Assembly: GCA_946534345.1 (NCBI GenBank)
Contig: CAMNCL010000002.1
Span: forward strand, 169 to 64,168
Source of the DNA: an uncultured Bacillales bacterium
Lineage (GTDB): Bacteria; Bacillota_I; Bacilli_A; RF39; UBA660
DNA: 64,000 bases
Direction: 5' to 3'
Part shown: one piece after another, positions 20,761-31,114 of the stretch
How the letters are laid out: the number at the start of each line of letters is the position of its first letter
Numbering within the stretch: position 1 is the stretch's first letter
The notes under the pieces: generated by a model
Seen by the model: only the letters and a program-made list of their open reading frames with translations
What the model was told of the DNA's origin: nothing
The model's database searches: none
Program-made: the position numbers and the translations under genes

Positions 20761-20912
20761 AATAACACCACCTTTCATAGAGTAACCGAACCCCATAAAA
20801 GGAAAACATCTAAGACTACCTTCCAATTATATTATTTGAAAAAAATATTAATAAATACAGAATTATTTGAAATAAATGTATTATTAAAGTATACTTATAA
20901 TAGGTGAAAAGT

Positions 20913-22013
20913 ATGAGAATAGATAAAGATAATATAAAAATAGTATTAATTCTCTTAGTAGTAGCTTTAGGAATAGGATATTCATATTTAAATACAGAAT
21001 TAAATATTAATGGAACAGCTAATATAAATAGTGCAAACTGGAATGTTTATTGGAATAATGTACAAGTAACAAATGGATCAGTAGCAGCAGAAACACCAAC
21101 AATAGATACAAATAAGACAACAGTAAGTTTTAATGTAACTCTAGCTAAGCCTGGAGACTTTTATGAATTTACAGTAGATGCCGTAAATGCAGGAACATTG
21201 GATGCCATGATAGATACAATAAATTCTAAATTAAACGGAACTACTATTACAACATTACCAGCTTATCTAGAATACAATGTAACATATTCTGGTGGTACAC
21301 CATTAGAACCAAATCAAGAATTATTACATGATACAACTGAAACTTATAAAATTAGAATAGCTTACAAAGGTAATATAAGTGCAAGTGACCTGCCAGATAC
21401 AAACCAGAGTCTATCACTACAGTTTAGTGTCACATATAAACAAGCAGATGATAATGCCCAACCAGTAGATCATAGAACAACAGTCTATACAGTAAGTTCA
21501 ACAAATAGTTATATAGGCCAAGCAATACCAAATGATATAACACAATATAGTAGTGCAAGTGAAGCTATGGCTGCATTTTCTAATCATCCATGCTATATAA
21601 AACACATAATAAGAAATGGAGTAATAGATGAAAGTTATGTAGAATTTGTAGTAACACAGGCTATGGCTAATGCAAATAGTGGAATGACTGCTGGAACATA
21701 TGCATTAAGAGGACTAAATATATATGATAAAGCAAGTCTTGATTGTATAAGTGAATATTTCGATACAACAAACAATATTTGTTTAAGCCCATATTATGAG
21801 AGTAACAAAGAAACATTATTACAAGCTTTTGGTAGTTCGAATTGTCGTTCTGAATATGATGGTTCTGACTATGATGGTGGAAATTACAAATCTTTTACTT
21901 GCCGCGTATCGGGCTTTGTTGGTTATGTTGATACGCGTAGTAATGTACAAATTGACGACAACGTCGGGGGCTGCTATGTCCGTGGTTATGGTGAGTCTTA
22001 CTGTGAAGGGTGA
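20913..22013 (+). CDS. Secreted SipW-type/TasA-like protein with a hypervariable C-terminus, paralogue 1 (candidate DGR target)
   Basis: ALGIGYSYL signal region; LAKPGDFYEFTVDAVNAG (PGD..NxG); about 88% identical to paralogue 2 over the first ~270 aa (hand count). Confidence 0.7.
   Translation: MRIDKDNIKIVLILLVVALGIGYSYLNTELNINGTANINSANWNVYWNNVQVTNGSVAAETPTIDTNKTTVSFNVTLAKPGDFYEFTVDAVNAGTLDAMIDTINSKLNGTTITTLPAYLEYNVTYSGGTPLEPNQELLHDTTETYKIRIAYKGNISASDLPDTNQSLSLQFSVTYKQADDNAQPVDHRTTVYTVSSTNSYIGQAIPNDITQYSSASEAMAAFSNHPCYIKHIIRNGVIDESYVEFVVTQAMANANSGMTAGTYALRGLNIYDKASLDCISEYFDTTNNICLSPYYESNKETLLQAFGSSNCRSEYDGSDYDGGNYKSFTCRVSGFVGYVDTRSNVQIDDNVGGCYVRGYGESYCEG
21849..21878 (+). repeat. In-frame 15-bp tandem duplication (SEYDG/SDYDG)
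   Basis: tctgaatatgatggt tctgactatgatggt; only one unit in paralogue 2. Confidence 0.85.
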
Positions 22014-22032
22014 GCCTGAGGTGCCTGGCGCT
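21900..22032 (+). other. Candidate DGR variable repeat plus GC-rich IMH-like tail, copy 1
   Basis: 55/111 G+C and 4/37 A-ending codons over 21900-22010; tail tgagcctgaggtgcctggcgct. Confidence 0.6.
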
Positions 22033-22059
22033 TTAGTCTAGAAATCTAAATACTGAATG

Positions 22060-22085
22060 GTTCGATTTGCTTATCGAACTTTTTT
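22060..22085 (+). terminator. Intrinsic terminator
   Basis: gttcgat-ttgctt-atcgaac plus T6. Confidence 0.75.
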
Positions 22086-22112
22086 GTTTTATAATAATTG
22101 ATAGGTGATAAG

Positions 22113-22676
22113 ATGTTTGATTATATTAAAGGAACAGTTACAGATATTAAGAATAATGCTATTGTTTTAGATAATAATGGAGTAGGCTATTTAATATATG
22201 TGTCTAATCCATATTCTTTTGAAATAGGTACTGAATATAAAGTATTTGTTTATCAACAAATACAAGAAGATGCTCATCTATTATATGGTTTTAAATTACT
22301 AGAAGAAAAAGAATTATTCTTGAAACTTATTAGTGTTAAAGGATTAGGTTGTAAGATGACACTACCAATATTAGCTGTAGGATCAGTAGCTGGTATTGTT
22401 GATGCTATTAATAGAGAAAACATCTTATATTTAAAGAAATTCCCTAAAATTGGAGATAAGCTTGCCCATCAAATTGTTTTAGATTTAAAAGGTAAAATTG
22501 AAACTACTAGTGAGGGTGCAAGTACTAGTGAAATGGATACTCAAAATGAATTATATGAAGTATTATTAGGATTAGGTTATAAAGATAAAGAAATTAAAAC
22601 AGTTATTGGTAAAGTAGATAATTCATTAACTATAGAGGAACAAATAAAAGAAGCATTAAGATTATTCTTAAAATAG
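22113..22676 (+). CDS. ruvA: Holliday junction branch migration protein RuvA
   Basis: MFDYIKG, GVGY, LLYGF, HhH motifs VKGLG and FPKIG. Confidence 0.95.
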   Translation: MFDYIKGTVTDIKNNAIVLDNNGVGYLIYVSNPYSFEIGTEYKVFVYQQIQEDAHLLYGFKLLEEKELFLKLISVKGLGCKMTLPILAVGSVAGIVDAINRENILYLKKFPKIGDKLAHQIVLDLKGKIETTSEGASTSEMDTQNELYEVLLGLGYKDKEIKTVIGKVDNSLTIEEQIKEALRLFLK

Positions 22677-22685
22677 GAGGTTTGT

Positions 22686-23723
22686 ATGGAAGAGAGTGTT
22701 ATTACTAATTATGAATATGAAAATGATAATTTAATTGATAATACAATACGTCCAGAAACTATTGATGAATACATTGGTCAAACTGATGTTAAAGAGAATA
22801 TAAAAGTCTTTGTGAGTGCAGCTAAAATGCGTAAAGAAGCTCTTGATCATGTTTTATTATATGGTCCTCCAGGACTTGGTAAAACAACACTTGCGTTTAT
22901 TATTGCTCATGAATTGGGTACGAATATAAAGACTGCTAGTGGACCTAGTATTGAAAAACCTGGAGATTTAGCAGCTATTCTTTCATCACTTGAACCAGGA
23001 GATGTATTATTTATTGATGAAATACATCGTATGCCAAGATATATTGAAGAAATATTATATCCAGCAATGGAAGACTTTTCATTAGATATAATTGTAGGTA
23101 GTGAGGGTAATAGCCGTAATATTAAGATTGATCTGCCTCCATTTACTTTAGTAGGAGCAACTACTCGTGCAGGAGATTTATCATCCCCTTTAAGAGATAG
23201 ATTTGGTATTATTAATAAATTACAATTCTATACTATAGATGAACTTACAGATATTGTTAAAAGAACAGCTAGAGTACTTGATATGACAATAGATGAAGAA
23301 GCAGCAGTAGAACTTGCGATGAGAAGTCGTGGAACTCCTAGAATTGCTAATAGATTGTTTAAAAGAGTACGTGACTTTGCTATGGTAGAAGGCGATGGTA
23401 ATATTGATTTAGCTATTACTGAAAAAGCTCTAAATAAACTAAAGGTAGATAAGAATGGACTAGATAATACAGATAGAGAATTACTAATGTCTATTATTGA
23501 TAAATTTAATGGTGGACCAGTAGGAATTGAAGCTATTAGTTCATCTATTGGAGAAGAAGTAACTACAATAGAAGATGTCTATGAACCATACTTATTACAA
23601 ATAGGACTTTTAAAAAGAACATCACGTGGTAGAGTAGTTACTGATAAAGCTTATGAAGTGTTAGGTATTCCTAATAAGAAAAATAAAGCAAAGGGAGAAC
23701 AAACAACACTTGATTTAGATTAA
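22686..23723 (+). CDS. ruvB: Holliday junction helicase RuvB
   Basis: [26 protein letters not shown]. Confidence 0.97.
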   Translation: MEESVITNYEYENDNLIDNTIRPETIDEYIGQTDVKENIKVFVSAAKMRKEALDHVLLYGPPGLGKTTLAFIIAHELGTNIKTASGPSIEKPGDLAAILSSLEPGDVLFIDEIHRMPRYIEEILYPAMEDFSLDIIVGSEGNSRNIKIDLPPFTLVGATTRAGDLSSPLRDRFGIINKLQFYTIDELTDIVKRTARVLDMTIDEEAAVELAMRSRGTPRIANRLFKRVRDFAMVEGDGNIDLAITEKALNKLKVDKNGLDNTDRELLMSIIDKFNGGPVGIEAISSSIGEEVTTIEDVYEPYLLQIGLLKRTSRGRVVTDKAYEVLGIPNKKNKAKGEQTTLDLD

Positions 23724-23810
23724 GCACATAAGTGCTTTTTTATTGGCAAAATTTGACATTTTCCAACAAATGTGGTATAATGTGCGTACTAATTGAGGGG
23801 AGTTGGTTAT

Positions 23811-24533
23811 ATGAAAAAACTATCTGTAAATAGTAGAATAGGAGCATTAATTCTATCTGGTTTTATTATGGCTGGATCTTTTACTGGATGTATTAAAGGT
23901 GAAGCTAAAAGCTTTAGTACAGGAGAATTAAAGTCAAGACCTATTGCTGAATTATTAGAGGATGAAAATATTCAAAATATAACAACAATCGATGAAGAAA
24001 TAGCTAGCGGAGATTTAGATATTATCGAAAAAGATACTGAATTTAGAAAAAAAGTAATGGATTTAGAATACTATGCAAGTGCTGGAGACAAAGAAGGATA
24101 TAATGAAACACTTAATTGGTTAAGAAACAACTTTGAAGATACAGCATTAGATTTACTTTTACCAGCTGCTAAAGGTGGTATTGCAGAAGAAGAAAATAAA
24201 AGTATTAGTGATATTACTTTAACTGCAGCACCTGATTTTGATGAAGATAGATTATTAAGATCGAATGGTGTAGCTGAAGTAAAAGACAGTAATGGTTATA
24301 GTTCTACTGGTTATACAATTAAAGCTCCATTAATTAATGATGCTATCGAAGAAGCTGCTCGTATTCAAACTAATAATTATAATGAATACTCTGTAAAAGA
24401 TTTATTAAAAGAATATGATAAAGTAGTAGAAATATCTAAAATGGCTATGGCAAGTGGCGCTAGTAGACATGATGATGAAATAGTAGAGAAAAATAGTAAA
24501 AGATATATTAAGAAAGAATTTAATATAAGATAA
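23811..24533 (+). CDS. Putative lipoprotein
   Basis: MKK..GALILSGFIMAGSFTG|C lipobox-like signal; own TTGACA/TATAAT promoter upstream. Confidence 0.65.
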   Translation: MKKLSVNSRIGALILSGFIMAGSFTGCIKGEAKSFSTGELKSRPIAELLEDENIQNITTIDEEIASGDLDIIEKDTEFRKKVMDLEYYASAGDKEGYNETLNWLRNNFEDTALDLLLPAAKGGIAEEENKSISDITLTAAPDFDEDRLLRSNGVAEVKDSNGYSSTGYTIKAPLINDAIEEAARIQTNNYNEYSVKDLLKEYDKVVEISKMAMASGASRHDDEIVEKNSKRYIKKEFNIR

Positions 24534-24597
24534 TTAAGAATAGTATTTAAAAACTATTCTTTTTTTGATATAATTAGAACGCTTGGAAGTGATTTAG

Positions 24598-25623
24598 ATG
24601 AATATAGAAGATTTTAACTATGAATTACCAGAAGAATTAATAGCACAAACACCTCTTAAGAAGAGAGATGATTCCAGATTACTAGTTTTAGATAAAGAAA
24701 CTGGAGAAGTTGAGCATAAACATTTCTATGATATTATAGATTATTTAGAAGAAGGGGATACATTAGTATTAAATGATACTAAAGTATTACCCGCAAGACT
24801 TATTGGTGTTAAAGAAGATACAGGAGCAGTTATTGAAATTCTTTTATTAAAGAATCTTGAAAAAGATAACTGGGAATGCTTAGTAAAACCAGCTCGTAGA
24901 GTTAAAACTGGTACTATTGTATCTTTTGGAGAAGGAAAACTAAAAGCAAAATGTATTTCTGAATTTGATGAAGGAATTCGTCATTTTGAATTAATATATG
25001 ATGGAATATTAATGGAGATATTAGATGAATTAGGTACAATGCCTCTTCCTCCATATATTCATGAAAAATTAAAAGATCAATCACGTTATCAAACTGTATA
25101 TGCTAAAGAAGTAGGTAGTGCTGCTGCTCCTACTGCAGGACTTCATTTTACTGAAGAATTACTTGATAGAATTAAATCTAAAGGTATAAATATATGTTAT
25201 GTAACATTACATGTAGGACTTGGAACATTTAGACCTGTATCAGTTACTAATATAAAAGATCATGAAATGCATAGTGAGTTTTATATGATGAAAAAAGATG
25301 TAGCTGATGCATTAAATAAAGCAAAGAGTGAGGGTAAGAGAATTATTGCTGTTGGAACTACAACAACAAGAGTATTAGAAACTATTATGACTGAAAGAGG
25401 AGAGTTTAGTGAGTGTTCTGGATGGACTAAGATATTTATTTATCCGGGATATGAGTTTAAGGGAATAGATTGTTTAATTACAAACTTTCATTTACCAAAA
25501 TCAACTCTTGTCATGCTAGTTAGTGCTTTAGCTGGAAGAGAAAATATATTAAATGCATATAGAATAGCAGTTAAAGAAAAATATCGTTTCTTCTCTTTTG
25601 GAGATGCAATGTTTATTAAATAG
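24598..25623 (+). CDS. queA: S-adenosylmethionine:tRNA ribosyltransferase-isomerase
   Basis: [36 protein letters not shown]. Confidence 0.97.
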   Translation: MNIEDFNYELPEELIAQTPLKKRDDSRLLVLDKETGEVEHKHFYDIIDYLEEGDTLVLNDTKVLPARLIGVKEDTGAVIEILLLKNLEKDNWECLVKPARRVKTGTIVSFGEGKLKAKCISEFDEGIRHFELIYDGILMEILDELGTMPLPPYIHEKLKDQSRYQTVYAKEVGSAAAPTAGLHFTEELLDRIKSKGINICYVTLHVGLGTFRPVSVTNIKDHEMHSEFYMMKKDVADALNKAKSEGKRIIAVGTTTTRVLETIMTERGEFSECSGWTKIFIYPGYEFKGIDCLITNFHLPKSTLVMLVSALAGRENILNAYRIAVKEKYRFFSFGDAMFIK

Positions 25624-25629
25624 AGGTGA

Positions 25630-26751
<1,122 letters not shown>

Positions 26752-26861
26752 TACCTCTTTTTTTGTAAACTTTTACAAAGTTGAAAAATAATTGTTTTCA
26801 ATTCTTGAAAGTTATGCTAAAATGATATATGTATAGAAAGATAAAGAGGAAGGTAGTTTGT

Positions 26862-28316
26862 ATGCTAGGAAAAAAGAAAAAAACAAATGAAGAACAACAA
26901 GTACAAGCACAATCACAAACTCAAGCAACACCTGCTAATGCTACTGAGGCAGTTGCTATGCAACAACAAGCTCAAGTTCAACAACCTACACAAGATGCCA
27001 ATGCTGTAAATAATGTACAAGCTACTGGTAATCAACAACCTGCATCTGAGGCTGAGGCTGATATAAATAGTATGCCAGCAGCAAATAGTAAAGATAAAGT
27101 TAGACATCCATTAAAAGGATTTAATTATGTTATTATAAATGGAGTAGGTAAGAAAGAAAGAGGTAGTTTTGATGCTGAAAGTGCTGATGATGTTCGTAAT
27201 TTCTTACTTTCTCAAGAATACCAAGTTTTAGAAGTTAAAGAACGTGGTAAAGGTGATATTGATATTGGAGCAAACAGACCAATAGGTGCTAGCGATTTAT
27301 CATTCGCATTAACACAATTATCTACATATCTTAAATCTGGTATTCCTTTAGCTGATTCTGTTAAGATTTTAGCTAAACAATCAACAAAGCCAAAATTAAA
27401 GAAAAGCTTTAGTGAATTAGTTTATCAATTATTAAAAGGTGAAAGTTTATCAGATGCTATGTTGATGCAAGATAAGATTTTCCCTAAGCTATTAATAAAC
27501 ATGGTAAAGACAGCTGAAATGACTGGTGATTTGCCTTCAATACTAGATGATATGGCTGAATATTATACTTCAATGGATCAAACTAGAAAACAAATGAAGT
27601 CAGCTATGACATATCCGGTAGTTGTTTTAACAATAGCTTTTGGAGTTTTAATCTTCATGCTTACATACTTAGTACCGCAATTTACTTCTATGTTTGAAAG
27701 TAATGGAGCAGAATTGCCAGCCTTAACAAAAGCTATTATCGCAACCAGTGATTTTATTAAGGCTAAGTGGTACATATTAATATTAGTAGTAGTAACAATA
27801 TTTGTATGTTTCAAACAAGCATATAAGAGAATACAGCCATTTAGAGAAAAAGTACAAGTATTATTAATGCATACACCAGTTATTAAGAATATTATTATTT
27901 ATAATGAAATAGCTAACTTCACAAAAACATTTGCATCTTTATTAAACCATGGTGTATTTATTACAGATAGTATGGAAATTCTATCTAAGATTACTAATAA
28001 TGAAATATATACAAAAATAATTAATAAAACATTAGACAATTTAGGTAAAGGTGATTCTATATCATCAGCATTTAGAGGACAATGGGCAATTCCTATTGTT
28101 GCATATGAAATGATTGTTACTGGTGAAACAACTGGTCAATTAGGTGCAATGATGGAAAAAGTTGCATCACATTTCCAAATGTTACATAAAAACGTTATTG
28201 ATCAGATGAAGAGTTTAGTAGAACCGATTCTTATCTGTTTCTTAGCTGTTGTAGTTGGTATTATCTTAATATCAATTATTCAACCGATGTTCTCTATGTA
28301 TAGTCAAATTCAATAA
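26862..28316 (+). CDS. pilC: Type IV pilus platform protein PilC (T2SS-F family) with a Q/A-rich N-terminal extension
   Basis: QLSTYLKSGIPL, AEMTGDL, SAMTYP, GETTGQL, LVEP; ATG 26862 follows GAGGAAGG. Confidence 0.9.
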   Translation: MLGKKKKTNEEQQVQAQSQTQATPANATEAVAMQQQAQVQQPTQDANAVNNVQATGNQQPASEAEADINSMPAANSKDKVRHPLKGFNYVIINGVGKKERGSFDAESADDVRNFLLSQEYQVLEVKERGKGDIDIGANRPIGASDLSFALTQLSTYLKSGIPLADSVKILAKQSTKPKLKKSFSELVYQLLKGESLSDAMLMQDKIFPKLLINMVKTAEMTGDLPSILDDMAEYYTSMDQTRKQMKSAMTYPVVVLTIAFGVLIFMLTYLVPQFTSMFESNGAELPALTKAIIATSDFIKAKWYILILVVVTIFVCFKQAYKRIQPFREKVQVLLMHTPVIKNIIIYNEIANFTKTFASLLNHGVFITDSMEILSKITNNEIYTKIINKTLDNLGKGDSISSAFRGQWAIPIVAYEMIVTGETTGQLGAMMEKVASHFQMLHKNVIDQMKSLVEPILICFLAVVVGIILISIIQPMFSMYSQIQ

Positions 28317-28332
28317 GGAGGTAATTATATAT

Positions 28333-29100
28333 ATGCAAATTTTATATTTAATTATCTTTTTTATTTTAGGACTATTATTTGGTTCTTTCTTTACTGTAGT
28401 GGGGATGAGATTACCTAATCATGAAAATTTCTTAAATTCTAGAAGTTATTGTGATAGATGTCATCATAGACTTAGTTTATTAGATATGGTACCTATATTA
28501 TCATTTCTTCTATTAAAGGGAAGATGTAGATATTGTAAGGGTAAAATAGATTCATTATCATCATATATGGAGTTTTTTACTGGAGTTTTATTTGCTTTAG
28601 CATACTATGTATTTGGATTTTCATATGAATTATTAATAGCTCTAGGTATAGTTTCAATGTTATCAATTATTTCCGTATCTGACTTATCTTATTATATAAT
28701 TCCCGATGAAGTACTAATCTTTTTTGCAGGTTACTTTCTAATTATAAAGACTCTTCAATTAGGAGTAATACCAGCTTTAAAATGTGTTTTATCAGGGATC
28801 ATATTATTTACAATAATGTATATAATAATGTTACTTGGTAATCTTATTTTTAAGAAAGAAACATTAGGTGGAGGAGATATTAAGATGATGTTTGTCTTTG
28901 GAATAATACTCCATCCATTACTAGGTTTAATAGTTATTTTTATAGGTAGTGTATTAGCCTTACCAGTATCAATATTTTTATTAATGAAGAAACATGAGCA
29001 TTTAGTTCCGTTTGGACCATTTTTATTGATAGGTTTAACATTTATATACTTTACTAGAATAAGTGCTCCAGCTATAATAGAATTTATAAAACTACTTTAG
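28333..29100 (+). CDS. pilD: Prepilin peptidase (A24)
   Basis: GSFF..RLP, CDRC/CRYC, DL..YIIPD, GGGDIK, PFGPFL. Confidence 0.93.
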   Translation: MQILYLIIFFILGLLFGSFFTVVGMRLPNHENFLNSRSYCDRCHHRLSLLDMVPILSFLLLKGRCRYCKGKIDSLSSYMEFFTGVLFALAYYVFGFSYELLIALGIVSMLSIISVSDLSYYIIPDEVLIFFAGYFLIIKTLQLGVIPALKCVLSGIILFTIMYIIMLLGNLIFKKETLGGGDIKMMFVFGIILHPLLGLIVIFIGSVLALPVSIFLLMKKHEHLVPFGPFLLIGLTFIYFTRISAPAIIEFIKLL

Positions 29101-29168
29101 TAGTTTTTCTTTTTATTTACTTGAAAATAATTAAATGATTATATATTATAAATATAGGTGGTGATTCT

Positions 29169-30455
29169 ATGAAAAATATTAATATTTTACCTGCAGATAC
29201 ATATACTGTTGTTAATAAGACTATTATTACTGATATTGATAAAAAGATAGTTTCAATGTTATATCAACCAATCATAGGATTCACTGCAGTAAGTTTATAT
29301 TATTCATTAATATCAGATTTAGATAAGCAAGAATTAATTAGCGATGAGTTAACTCATTATCATTTAATGGCTACTATGCAATTATCATTGAATGATATTA
29401 TGATTGCTAGAGAAAAACTAGAGGCTGTAGGTTTAATTAAAACATATTTAAAGAAAGATAATATTAATCAATTAGTTTATTTACTATATTCTCCAATGAG
29501 TCCTAATGATTTCTTTAATCATCCAATATTAAATATTGTTTTATATAATAATCTTGGAAAAAAAGAATATGAAAAAATGGTTAATTACTTTAAGACACCA
29601 AAGATAGTATTAAAGGGATTTGAAGATATTACTAGTAGTTTTGATGATGTATTTACTCCTGTAAGAGGAACAATACTTAATACTTATGATGATGTTACTA
29701 AGAAAGATTCTAATAATATTATGATTAATAAAGGAATAGACTTTAATTTAATACTTACTGGTATTCCTAACTTAAATGAAAAGTATTTGACTGAAGAAGT
29801 TAAAGAATTGATTAATAATTTAAGTTATATTTATAATTTAGATACTCTAGATATGCAGGGATTAATAAGAAATTCTTTAAATGAAAAAGGATCTATTGAT
29901 AAAACAATTCTACGTAAAAGTTGTAGAAATTATTATCAATTTGATAATTATGGTAATTTACCAAGTCTTATTTATAATAGACAACCAGATTATTTAAAGA
30001 AGCCAACTGGTGATAATTCTAAATGGGCAAAAATGGTTTATACCTTTGAAAATATTACTCCATATCAGTTATTAAAAGCTAAATATAAAGGAGCAGAACC
30101 TACTGATAGAGATAAGAAATTAATAGAGAGCTTATTAATTGATCAAAAATTAAATCCAGGAGTAGTTAATGTCTTAATAAGTTATGTATTAAAAGTAAAT
30201 AATGAACAATTAACTAAGAGTTATGTAGAAACTATAGCTGGTCAATGGAAGAGATTAAATATTGAAACAGTAGAAGAAGCAATGAAAATAACTGAGAAAG
30301 AACATAAAAAATTAAAGAAAATAGTAAAACCGAAAGAAAAAGTAATTAAAGAAGATAAAAGTATACCAGCTTGGTTTAATAAAGAACAAGAATTAGAAAA
30401 AATAAATGAATCAGAAAAAGAAGAACTAGATAAGATATTAGAAGAGCTTGTCTAG
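29169..30455 (+). CDS. dnaB: Firmicutes replication initiation protein DnaB (helicase-loader accessory)
   Basis: LYQPIIG..A.SLY, KLEAVGL, VVNVLI.Y, YVETIAGQW. Confidence 0.85.
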   Translation: MKNINILPADTYTVVNKTIITDIDKKIVSMLYQPIIGFTAVSLYYSLISDLDKQELISDELTHYHLMATMQLSLNDIMIAREKLEAVGLIKTYLKKDNINQLVYLLYSPMSPNDFFNHPILNIVLYNNLGKKEYEKMVNYFKTPKIVLKGFEDITSSFDDVFTPVRGTILNTYDDVTKKDSNNIMINKGIDFNLILTGIPNLNEKYLTEEVKELINNLSYIYNLDTLDMQGLIRNSLNEKGSIDKTILRKSCRNYYQFDNYGNLPSLIYNRQPDYLKKPTGDNSKWAKMVYTFENITPYQLLKAKYKGAEPTDRDKKLIESLLIDQKLNPGVVNVLISYVLKVNNEQLTKSYVETIAGQWKRLNIETVEEAMKITEKEHKKLKKIVKPKEKVIKEDKSIPAWFNKEQELEKINESEKEELDKILEELV

Positions 30456-30555
30456 TTCTTTTGTCAATTACTGTAAAGTATACAATTATTATTAGCTATC
30501 TTCTTACTACTAATCTTTAAATATGTTATTATTGATTAGAAGATGAGGAGATTAA

Positions 30556-31047
30556 ATGAGAAGACATAATACAGATTTTTATAAATTAGTTAAAGATGTA
30601 CTTGTTAATGAAGAATTTAATAAGTTAAAGAATATAGATCATCATGGTATAACTAGATATAATCATTCACTTAGAGTAGCTTATTATACTTATGTTGTTA
30701 CTAAGAAATTACATCTAGATTATAAAAGAGCTACTAGAGCAGCCTTATTACATGATTTCTTTATAGATGAAGTAAAAGATATGAATGGAGTATCTAGACT
30801 TAGAAGACATCCTAATTATGCCTTAGAGAATGCTAAAAAGTATTTTGAATTAAGTCCTATGGAAGAAGATATTATTAAAACACATATGTTTCCAGTTACT
30901 TTTACACCTCCTAAATACTTAGAGAGTTGGCTTGTAGATTTAATTGATGATATATCTGCTATTTACGAGAGAAGTGTAAGTATTCAAGCTGAACTATCTC
31001 CTAGTATTAGTTTATTATTAATAATGCTAATTAGTTATATGCGTTAA
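30556..31047 (+). CDS. HD-domain phosphohydrolase
   Basis: HSLRVA, ALLHDF, HP, HMFP. Confidence 0.88.
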   Translation: MRRHNTDFYKLVKDVLVNEEFNKLKNIDHHGITRYNHSLRVAYYTYVVTKKLHLDYKRATRAALLHDFFIDEVKDMNGVSRLRRHPNYALENAKKYFELSPMEEDIIKTHMFPVTFTPPKYLESWLVDLIDDISAIYERSVSIQAELSPSISLLLIMLISYMR

Positions 31048-31114
31048 CTTATTGTTAACTCTTTTTTTTTAATATAATCTATGGTAAAATTTAAAAGAAA
31101 GAGGATGAGAGGGA

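Noticed and set aside
20761-20778. Longer 31-aa version of the peptide starting MKGGVI
   Set aside because: The in-frame extension is the RBS itself (AAAGGTGGTG) and the upstream ATG has no RBS of its own.
20617-20824. MITE interpretation of the inverted-repeat-bounded module
   Set aside because: No target-site duplication seen, homology extends beyond the repeats, and the conserved ORF, promoter and terminator fit a TA-like module better; not fully excluded.
21796-22041. 81-aa alternative-frame ORF over the variable region
   Set aside because: Explained by the A-poor, GC-rich composition removing stop codons; no equivalent ORF listed for paralogue 2.
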